A stretch of 64,000 bases of DNA from Gnetum montanum (taxonomy: Eukaryota > Plantae > Gnetophyta), in NCBI GenBank assembly GCA_015680685.1, contig MNCI01001083.1, forward strand, positions 653,158 through 717,157, in the 5' to 3' direction. Made by a program: the position numbers and the translations under genes. Shown here piece by piece: positions 12,143 to 22,536 of this stretch (position 1 is the stretch's first letter; the number at the start of each line of letters is the position of its first letter). The notes under the pieces were generated by a model, which did not search any database, had not been told where the DNA came from, and was given only the letters and a program-made list of their open reading frames with translations.

Positions 12143-15100
12143 TGATGGGATGCGATATCGCATGGGCTGCGATATCGTGTACACGATATTGCGTCCTCAC
12201 TGCGATATCGCGTATGTGTTGTATCGTACGCGATATCGCAGTCTGCCACCATTTTTATAAATAAGAAGCAGCTCTTTCTTGTTTCAGCATCTAGATCTAG
12301 ACCCTTAGCGAAACTCTGGCAGTTTTACCTCTCCAGAGATAGAATAATTTCCATGTGCCTACAGTAGAAGTTCCAAAGTGAATGGATCTTTATTTGAGCA
12401 AATATTGTACCTAAGCACAAGTTTGTGTACAACAATAAAGACGAACTATTGGATAAACCTTACAGTGCATGGAATAGGCTAAATAGGACTTTAATTATTG
12501 TTATTTATTGTTCATCATTTAAATGCTTTATTAGTTAATTAAATCTCTCTCAACCCTTCTGCCATAGTTAAGTGCATTCAGTATGAAAGCTTTGAGCACA
12601 TGCGTTACGCTTGGTAATCCTAGCAACGAATAGCGTTTGGTAATTTCAGAAGGTTGCATTGACTCAGGGTGTGAACAGTAAGTGGGAATGGATACTGATG
12701 CTAGGTTAATTAAGGCTTAGTTAGTTAAAGTTAGTTACTTAGTCTCTTCACCCTTCACCTCACTAGTAAAGGAGATAAAAACATAAAAGATATAAAAATC
12801 ACATACTTCAGACTTGCTTAACCATACAACCATGACAAATACAAGTAAGTCTGGGAAGACAACGAATGATTAACCTTAAGTGTTCGATAAGGCGTGTAGG
12901 CACTTAGTCTGCGGAGATTGACCGGATCGCACATGTAACGCTCATATTTGTATGGTTGAGTGTAGGGGTACCTCGCCACTCATCATTGGCACCGTTGCCA
13001 GGGACTAAGTTGTTTGTGCACTAAGTAGAACATAGGAAATCACTCACATCATTGGGAAGCTTAGGGTTAATTAAACAAAAAATTACATAACGGTTAATCA
13101 ACACACTGAACTAAACTAAGATGTCTTCTTCTCATAAAAGCACTTCACCACCTAGGGATCACACAAGAGACCATTGGCAGTCTAACACACATACCGAGAA
13201 CTACCAGTTCCTCAATAGTATCGGGTAGTGTATACTCATCATGATGAGTATATACCCAATTTTACTTTTATCCTCCATCAGGATGAACAACTGTGCTAGA
13301 GAGACCTGCAAGGTAACATAATGTTACCTCCGGATTGGGCAGTCCCTAACATGCTTCTTCGTGCTCTTGCACAGATAGGCATGATGAAATTATATGCTGA
13401 ATACATTGCAGAAGATTATGACATAAGGGATTACCATCCCATAGAAGTGCAACGTCAACGGGACTTGCGGCAAGAGAGTCGCCACACATCGTTGAAGGGC
13501 AAAGGACCCTGCAACGCTTCGCCTGTCATAAGAGAAATTAAGGGTGGTGAACCTATCTCAATAGGTTCTCCACAAAATAATGTTCCCCCTCCTAAAAATG
13601 GTGAAGAATTAGGGTATCAGAACCTACCCTCCACGATTCACAACCTTGGTTCTAACTCCCATGAACACCAAGTGTTTAATGAGGGGACACAAACACAAGA
13701 TAAGAGCGAGTGTTCTGATCGTCATCACGATCGGGGTTAGGATCACAGAAGAGAAGGTAGGAGACATCATCATGGTGATGGCTCACCTTCTTCTTCCCCT
13801 TCATCACATCATTCACCCTCTCCTTCCACATCAGGACACTATCATAAGGAGCACAACGGTGAGGATAAGGGTAAGAAAAATGAGAGACCTCGACGAGAGA
13901 GTCGAGAGCGAGGACGAGGACACTCTAGGGAGTCAAGGCATGAAAGAAGGGAAAGTAGGGAACCACGTAGGCATCACAGACGTCATGAGAGAGATGATCA
14001 TGAAGAGCCCCTACTAGAAACCTAGAGTATGTTAGATATTATGGAGGCTGTTAGAATACCTACAAGGCATCAAAAAGATAGCCGGATCAAGAGACTGGAC
14101 ATGAATAATATTCCACGATTTGAGGGAGGATACAATGCTGAGATGCAAAATCACTTACAGGAATTACACGATGCCTGCGCCTTGAAAAATATTGAAAATG
14201 AGTGGCAGAAGTTAAAGTTGTTTCCTAGGACACTCATAAAAGAAGCAGAGAGTTGGTACCATTCCTTAGAGCTGGAAACTATTAGGAGGTGGAGTACAAT
14301 GCTAGAATTGTTTAATGATAAATACCAAATGTACTCTAGAGTGTCCAACTTGCGTAAGTAGATCTAAAGATGGAAGCAGGGTAATCACAAACCCTTGGAT
14401 GCTGCCATGGGCCGATATCATGCATTGTTACATTGTTGCCTAGGCCATGGTTACGCACAACAGGATCAACTTTGCCATCTTGTAGATGGGCTAAGACACA
14501 AAACTAGGAGAACCCTTGGGACATATGCCCAAGGGAGGTTATCTGAACTTAGGTCCCATGAAATTCATCAATTTTTGGAACAAGTAGCTAAAGAAGAAGG
14601 GGAGCTACAGAAAAGAGAAAGTGTGGAAGAATATAACCACAATCCTTGCCTCTGAAAGAAGGGAGTGAGATTCTACGATGAAGAGGATGAGTCACCACTT
14701 GAAGAGTTGGTGAATAGAAAAACTTTTCCACTTCAGAAATTAACAACAAAAGTGTTAGCTAAGGTAGATGAAATATGGAGCTCCTTAGATAGCAAAATTG
14801 AAACTGTCCTAAAAATGGTAGAGGAGTCTAAGGAGGAACGAAGTAGTGACCATGATAAGAAAAAGTGGAGAGATTTAGGCCATGCACATGACAAGGGTAA
14901 GGGAAAAATGACTATCGCTGATGAGGTTGTGAATTCGGATACAGATAATGACGGTGGATGTGAGATCTACCAATATGACCATCATAAGGGATGTTGCCCA
15001 ATAATCTCACATATACAAGAGTCTGGGGTGTATGCACTGAACCCAAGACTTAACAGATGGCAAGCACCCTGAAGGTTACCTTATCCCCAAGGTAACCTGA

Positions 15101-18100
15101 GGCAGTTCCACCAACCATTAATGTATTATCCAAGTGGAACTCCACCACAACCTCGGCCAACATCAACAGTGCCAACACCCATAGTCATGGGGGATGCCAC
15201 CGCCTAGGCAACAATACCCTTACTAGCAACCAGATCCTTATGGCTACTACGTGCAGCAGCTGGTTTCTCCAAGTGACTCTATGGGTCACACAACCCAACA
15301 ATGTCACTACCAAGTTTGGGAGTATTTTAGGACTCCTTCTCCTCTGGGAGACATACCATATGCATACCATCCTCTGAATCCAGCTACCACTCTTACATCG
15401 ATAGTTCCAATACTACCCACTCCAACAATGTAAGGCGAACTCCCCACTCAACCGCAGCAATGTAATGCTACGAGAGCTGTAAAACTTCAACTCACTGTTG
15501 GTTCTAACAACCGCATAAAAAGAAGACCTTTCTTCAGAACCAAAAGCCCAAACAAGCTCTCACAACACAAGCGGTTGAGTTCGTACACGCTCCTCCAAAA
15601 AATAAGGCTTCGGAGCTCCCTTCAAACCAACAACAGAGCTCAATGCACACGGTTATATTAACACATACCGGTACTAACTGGATCAAGGTGGGCCACCTTC
15701 CCAAGAAATTCTCTAATCCTAGAAGCCCCCTAATTTATCTCCAAGTTGTTGGGAATGAACCTCATAAGGCTCTTATTGACTCAGGTTCCAGAGTCAACCT
15801 AATCTCATGAGAAATGTATAAAGCCTAGAACCTACCTCCACTTAAGAAGAGCAATATTCAACTAGAGCTGGCTGACTAGTCCATTACCATTCCCTTGGGA
15901 TTGGTGAAGGACATCATTACCACTATGTGTGGTTGGTCATACCTAGCTGATTTCCTGGTGATAGAAGTCAACAGTAGCAAAGGGGACTTTCCAATTATAA
16001 TGGGGAGGGCATGGTTGAGCACAATAAATGCATGCCTAGGAATCTATAATCTTTCCTTGAAAATATCGAAGAAAAAAATTTATGTAAAGATCAAGAAGAA
16101 GAAAGTTCCATGCATCACATACAGTGATGGCATGAAGGAATGCTCAACATTTCCTGCATGTAACTGGTGTGCACCAGAGGATAACATACAAAGGTGCCTG
16201 TATGTAGCAACCACTCAATAGGAGGACACCTCGTGGTTGACAGCTAATTGAAAGAGCAACTTGCCAACATGTATGGAATGAACCGGGGGAACAACCTGCA
16301 CCCACAATGAAAGCATAGATACATTGGAGTATGAGCGTTGCTGACTTCCACCCCTTAACCTGAAAACATCAATTGGGAGAAGTTGGACGTTTCTAAAAAA
16401 TTCAAATAGGCGTTCATTATTTCGGATCTCTCCCTTTCCATTCAGTCATGGGAGAGATGGCCACCTATGCTGATCATTCAGGGCCCTATGTTCTTTTAAT
16501 TTTTTGTTTTACACATTTTTGTTTTACACGTTTTTGTTTTGCACATTTTTTATTTTACAAATTTCTTTAACTTTTCTTGTTTTTTTTACAACATCGTTCA
16601 TACTTTTTCATTTCTTTATGTGTGTGTGTGTGTTTTATCCTTTTTGTTAAGTTTGTCACCCAATAAGTGCTCTAATGATGGTATGAACTGTTTTCTATTA
16701 GTTGCTAATGTTTGGTTTTTACCCTTAAGTTATGATGTTGATACTAAGGTATGGTTCTTTTGATATGATAGGCAATGAGTCCACTTCACCCATACATCCA
16801 CAAATTTCTATGGTTTCTTTTGGCTTGGCACTGTACAGTCATCTTTTTAAATAAGAACTATAACGAATCAGTGACTAGGTATTTCTCAAACTAAGGAAGG
16901 ACTCACGGAATGAAAAGGGTGTGACTTCAAGGGAACTTGATGCATTTGTGTTGGCCATTCTCTTGGGTGCTTGGATGTTTTCTTCTTGAGTTGTCTTACC
17001 GTTTTGACATTACTCAATTATCGGGAAGTTGAGCAAATAAAAATAATAAAGTCTTTGCATGGTGTGGTTCTCACGCATAAACACATAAAACACACAAAAA
17101 AAAGAAGAGTGAGAATTCAAAGCACACTCCTTAGACAAAATAATCATTTGGGCTACAAGCATCGGTTATGGAACTAAAATAAACATGTTCCCTCTAATAA
17201 GGCCCTTCTCGCTTCCCATTCTCTCCTCCTTTGTTTTGTCGGAATGGTGGTGGCTCTTTGGGGGATGCATTCTTGTTACTTCAAGAGGATGGGTCAGCCG
17301 AATGTATTAATGTGAAGTCACCAGATGTGGTTTGTTGAGGCCAGATTTGGAATGGGATCTGCTAAGTCACATTAACCATGAAATACACAAGGGTCTGTAC
17401 ACCACCTTGTTCTTGGGATTCCATTCCATTCTCTTCTCTCCATCCTTTCTCCATTGTTCACCTCATTGCCGATTGTATCACTAGTGTATATTTTGGTTGA
17501 CGCATTGTTTTCTTTTTGGTAAATTCTTGTGGTTAAGAATTTAACTCTTGTTCCAAATGACATTCCTAGAGCCTACGGACTCTTTGAATGTGGGTTTGTT
17601 AGGGCATTAAAGGCATGAGCCTACTTTGGGGAAGACCCACTGGAATTCCTACTTGGTACACTAGTTAAATTCTTTCCCTTAACATTTTTGCAATCCACTC
17701 TATTTTTTTCATTTCCATCTTGACATCCATTTCATTGACGTTATAGTTGCCTTTTTTCCTCCATCTTTCTTGTTCTTTATTCTTTCTCCATTCTATCGCT
17801 ACCGGAGGTTCGCTCTTAGTCATGGGGGTCTGGACCCAATTTTTTCGATTTTCTCCTAACCCCTACACCTTCTGTAGTCACCATAAATATATCTCCAGAC
17901 CCATATCAGCCATACCACAACTCAGCCAATGGACCTTTCACCGAAGCAAGGTATCCACTGCAGTGTGATTCATTTACCCTTGCTAATATAAAGACTGTGT
18001 TATATGTGCATATGGCAATCATACAACAATAGATTGGATCTAGAGGGAACACTTGGAATGGATCAATGCTAAAGCAGCTATGCAAGGAGTAAGATCGATG

Positions 18101-19114
18101 GCGCACTTATGGATAGACAACGAAAGGTGCAATCTTAGCATTGGCAGTAGTAGACTTCTTCTCTCTTCTCTTTCAGTTGCCAAATAAGGCCTGATGTCAA
18201 ATGTATAAGGTGTTCACTCTTATTGTCATGAACACCAGTTTTGTCATGTTCTGTAATGATGATCCGTTTACATGTCATCCTATTCACCATTAGTTCCATT
18301 CAAGTTGATAATCCCATACCTTCCCAATATTTTGTAAGGAACTCAAGGATGAGTTTTTATTCAGTCATGGGGGTATGATGGGATGCGATATCGCGGTCCG
18401 CCACCATTTCTATAAATAAGAAGCGGCTCTCCCTTGTTTCAGCATCTAGATCTAGACCCTTAGCAAAACTTTGGTAGTTTTACCTCTCTAGAGATAGAAT
18501 AATTTCCATGTGCCCGCAGTAGGAGTTCCAAAGTGAATGGATCTTTATTCGAGCAAATATTGTACCTAAGAACAAGTTTGTGTATGGCAATAAAGACGAA
18601 CTGTTGGATAAACCTTGCAGTGCATGGAATAGGCTAAATAGGACTTTAATTATTGTTATTTATTGTTCATCATTTAAATGCTTTATTAGTCAATTAAATC
18701 TCTCTCAACCCTTCTCCCATAGTTAAGTGCATTCAGTACGACCACTTCGAGCACGTGCATTACGCTTGGTAATCCCAGAAGGTTGCATTGTCTCAGGGTG
18801 TGAACAGTAAGTGGGAACGGATATTGATGCTAGGTTAATTAAGGCTTAGTTAGTTAAAGTTAGTTACTTAGTCTCTTCACCCTTCACTTCACTAGCAAAG
18901 GAGATAAAAACATAAAAGATACAAAAATCACATACCTCAGACTTGCTTAACCATACAACCGTGACAAATACAAGTAAGTCTGGGAAGACAACGAATGATT
19001 AACCTTAAGTGTTTCATAAGGTGTGTAGGCACTTAGTTTGCGGAGTTTGACCAGATTTTGCGTGTAACATTTGTATTCGTATGGTTGAGTGTAGGGGTAC
19101 CTCGCCACTCATCA
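12143..19114 (+). mobile_element. Athila-like Ty3/gypsy element 1, internal deletion derivative (gag-PR only)
   Basis: LTRs 12143-12985 and 18376-19114 (TGATG...CATCA), perfect TSD ATTAA, Athila-type PBS TTGGCACCGTTGCCAGGGAC (12986-13005) and PPT AGTCATGGGGG. Confidence 0.95.
13121..16470 (+). pseudogene. gag-protease of element 1, fused to the last codons of integrase
   Basis: IPRFEGGYN..HLQEL..KLKLFPRTL..AESWY (retrotransposon gag) and ALIDSGSRVNL...YLADFLVI..FPIIMGRAWL (aspartic protease). Stops throughout. Near 16412 the sequence jumps to the homologue of the integrase end of element 2. Confidence 0.85.
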
Positions 19115-20265
19115 ATTAACCATGGAGTTAAAATCCAAGGAGAGTCATAGACCACCACCAAATGTGTCATATGTCTAAGATGATCCATACATCTACAAAA
19201 GAACAATGAAGTATATCATGTTTAACATGAACCCCACCAACCAAGATTCATTTAAGGATATCAACAATCAAGAGGTTTGACTATGCCTCACCAAGGTACA
19301 TCAACTGCTAGAAACATTGGTAAAACATCAATCCAGGTAACTCTTACCTATCTTATATTATTGATAGAATGTAATGGATTTAGGTCATCATTGAGTTCCT
19401 TCTAGAAGGTTAGTAACCATAACCTAAGTTGATTTGGTATTGTTTGAAAATTAGTATCCTAAATACCTTACCCCTATAAACATAGTAATACTCATATTAC
19501 CTAGGACCTATGTATTGGTAAATTTAAGGGATTTAACCTGGTCACAAGATTGTCTTATCCATACTCAACCAATAAGGTTCATTGCTATGAGATTCATACA
19601 AAAACTAGTACTTGAGGGATAATGTTGTGATGTCTTGCTTATCCTTAATAGCTAGGACATAATTTTGATATGGGAGGATAAGATTATATCATACTTACCA
19701 AATCATCAGTAAAAAATCTATGTTTTGTGTTTAAGGGTTGGGATATCATTTATAATTATCAGAGTCATCTAGAAGTAATCATTTTATTTATGTGTTAGCC
19801 TAGGAATGTCAATTTGGCAAAATAAGTTATCTTGGTCCTTTAAAATCTTGGAAATTCAAATTATTTTTCAGACCCTAAAATCATATCTAACTCATAGAAC
19901 TTGTTGAGACAATTTCAATGGTACAAATTTCATTCCAATCAAATTTACAGATTGTGAGATATCGATGTTTAAAGCTTCTCGTTATGCCTATTGAAATAAA
20001 ATAATAATAAAAAGTTGAAAAAACACCAAGAGGTTGCAAGTTCAAACCCAAACCCCAAATGATTTTAAATATATATATATATCTAAAATATATTTCAAAA
20101 ATAAATAAATAAAATTTTCTCTAAGGATCGTGCTAGCCCTGCAAGGCTGCGTCCCCCCTTACAGAGCCACGCGTTGCAACCCTGATGCCTTTCACCACTC
20201 CTGCCTACTCATCGTCATTGTGCATCGTGCTACTCTGCTGGGCTGGCTCAATGTCCAGCCAACCC

Positions 20266-20540
20266 ATGTCCAGCGCCACTGCGCTCGTCCACTTCTAAGT
20301 CGCCAAGCTGCTGCCCGTGCTCAATGCCTACGCTGCCAATGTTCTGGACTATGTTCCAGGAGCTGATCATGAAATTCCAGGCGCGCGCAGCATGCACATG
20401 TGGTTGAGCAATGATTAGAAGACGCTGGCATGGCCACGGGCGCCATGAACCAGATCGTGCTCATGGGCGGCTCTCGTCGAATCCGATGCCTTCGGCAGAC
20501 GTTGTAGGAGCTCGTGCCTGGAAAGCCCCTGGAGCATCGA
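20266..20540 (+). pseudogene. Hsp70 nucleotide-binding-domain fragment
   Basis: MSSATALVHF*VAKLLPVLNAYAANV / TMFQELIM / VVEQ*LEDAGMATGAMNQIVLMGGSRRIRCLRQTL*ELVPGKPL lines up by eye with Hsp70 LSSTAQTTIEIDSL..ITRARFEELNM..PVEKCLRDAKM....[28 protein letters not shown]. Confidence 0.65.
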
Positions 20541-20665
20541 TATTGCCCACCGCACCAATCAAAATATATATATATATATATATTACAGGTCACAGCCCTG
20601 CAAAGGGTTGCGTAGCCCGTCTTGGGGCTACAGAGCCCTAACACACATGTCCTGTCACAAGTCAT

Positions 20666-20690
20666 CCTAATCCTAATCCTAATCCTAATC
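20666..20690. repeat. (TCCTAA)4 telomere-variant / telo-box-like microsatellite
   Basis: atcctaatcctaatcctaatcctaatc is present in the sequence. Confidence 0.7.
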
Positions 20691-21009
20691 ACTGGTCCAC
20701 CCTTCAACTGCTGTTCTGCCGTCTTTCATGCTGTCTATTGCGGCGCGTCACGTAGCCTTCGCCTGTCGCACTGCCACCTTTCCTTTTGCACCATCTGCCA
20801 CACTGTGACGCACGCGCTTCAGCCACTGCTGCCACTGCAGTAAATGCTGCTGTCGCTGGCACCGCCTGCACCACTGCTGCCACCGTTTGCCTACGCCGCT
20901 GTCGTTGCCTGTACCACAGATGTTACCCCCACCTTCGTCACCAATTTTGCGGAAAGAACACTACAAGTTTCAGCAGTCCATTGTGTCCGTGGGCGCCAGG
21001 GACACTACT

Positions 21010-21170
21010 GGCACCATGGAATTTTGCCTCCCATGAAGCTTTGTGGACAGTGCGGCATCGTGGAATCCCACTTTCCATGGAGCTTCGCGAACACCTTCCA
21101 TGGAGCTCCGTGAACACCACGGACATCATGGAATCCTGCCTCCCATGGAGGTTTGCGCACACCACTACCA
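21010..21170. repeat. 3-4 degenerate ~42-45 bp units with CATGGA..TCCCATG inverted ends
   Basis: ccatggaattttgcctcccatgaagctttg / tcgtggaatcccactttccatggagcttcg / tcatggaatcctgcctcccatggaggtttg. Confidence 0.55.
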
Positions 21171-21311
21171 AGCCATACCATCAACCGTAAAATTTTATGT
21201 TAGTTAACACGGGAAATTTGAAAACACCAACAAAATAGGCTGTAAAATTAAATTTAAAACATGGAGAAAATTTTGCCAAGAAAGAAATTTGGTGCTTTGA
21301 TAGCAAGTGAG

Positions 21312-21392
21312 ATAAGAATTCTATAATTAAGCATGCTCACTCTAGAGCAGTATTGGGATGGGTGATCTCTCAAGAAGTCTCATTTTCCATGC
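21312..21392 (+). ncRNA. 5S rRNA-derived segment (box A, IE, box C; Cassandra-like), degenerate and not a full 5S gene
   Basis: ATAAGAATTCTATAATTAAGCATGCTCACTCTAGAGCAGTATTGGGATGGGTGATCTCTCAAGAAGTCTCA aligns with plant 5S ATCAGAACTCCGCAGTTAAGCGTGCTTGGGCGAGAGTAGTACTAGGATGGGTGACCTCCTGGGAAGTCCTC, mostly by transitions. The first ~35 nt of 5S are absent. A T9 run follows near 21438. Confidence 0.8.
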
Positions 21393-22536
21393 CTAAGGTT
21401 TTCAACTCTAGAAGCTATAACTTTTGATTCAAGAAGCCTTTTTTTTAGCAAACAAAGAGTTGTTTCTTATAGATTTCAACCTCCTAGATGTAATGATGAA
21501 GTTAGATTAACCTCATAGAGCTAAGAAAATTAGTTTTTACACCTTGCCCAATATAGTGCCTCATGACCCTCAAAAGCTCAATTTTAGCACAACTTGACAT
21601 ATGATGTCCATTTCTAACATTTGAATAGCCATTTCTAACATTTTTCAACCTTTTGAACTTAATAGAAAGGTCAAATTTATTGGGTATTTGATAATTTAAT
21701 GATACCTTAAATCATGCCTTAAGAGGCCATAACATAGACTAGCTAATTATGCCTATCAATTTAATTATCAAGACTTACAAATTTAACTTCTTAAATCTTA
21801 AGATTAAGTGTTTAACTTATGTAGATAAATAGTCTTAGCTATCTAAATCTCTAGTTTGTCATTAGTTACACTGCTAGAGTTAGTGTCTTAAGGGGGGTTA
21901 GAAAGGTCATTAAAAATCTAGGTAATGTAGCTAAATGTTACCAACACAATCAATAAATTTGTTGGTGAACCAAAACGGTCAAGAAGATGTATATAACTTT
22001 CATACAACCAAATCATATGACAGAACAACATGAAGACTCATAATGTGAGGGATGTCCTAGAGTGGTGGTTCTCTTGGGCTCTCCCCTACACATAATCTCA
22101 TTTTCACAAGGTGTACGATACCCATGAAGAGAAATGACCCAGGAGATAATTTAAGGATGAGAATGAAAGTGACAGCAGATAATGTGCTAGAAAGATCCTT
22201 AGAGAGTGAGAGACAACATCTGCTATGTCCATCATGGGCCTTGGATTAGCATGAATATTGATACCCATGTATCTTAGCAAAGTTACAAAATTTGGATGTT
22301 GATGTCTTGTGCCTACAAGAAGTATTGCCATGAGAAATCCTATACCAATTCCAACCAAACTTGGGAAAGATGGAATACAAAGGTATTTATAAGCAACAAG
22401 GTTATTGTAGAAGTTTTTCTTTTAAGCTATACATATTAGCCTATTACAAAAGTCACAACATGGATGGTTGCATAATCTTTTATAAAGAAGCCAAGTTTGA
22501 ACTAATATAAATATTTGAATAAAGTTTAGAAGATAT

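Noticed and set aside
12092-19620. gag ORF in the cargo element (12092-12142 + 19120-19620)
   Set aside because: An ATG follows the PBS, but no gag or zinc-knuckle motif is recognisable in any frame.
21312-21392. Functional 5S rRNA gene
   Set aside because: The 5' ~35 nt are missing, there are many substitutions, and it is not in a tandem array.
19623-21950. Separate solo LTR (TGTTG..CAACA) enclosing the GC island and the 5S segment
   Set aside because: No matching TSD was found at candidate ends. It cannot be excluded but is unsupported.
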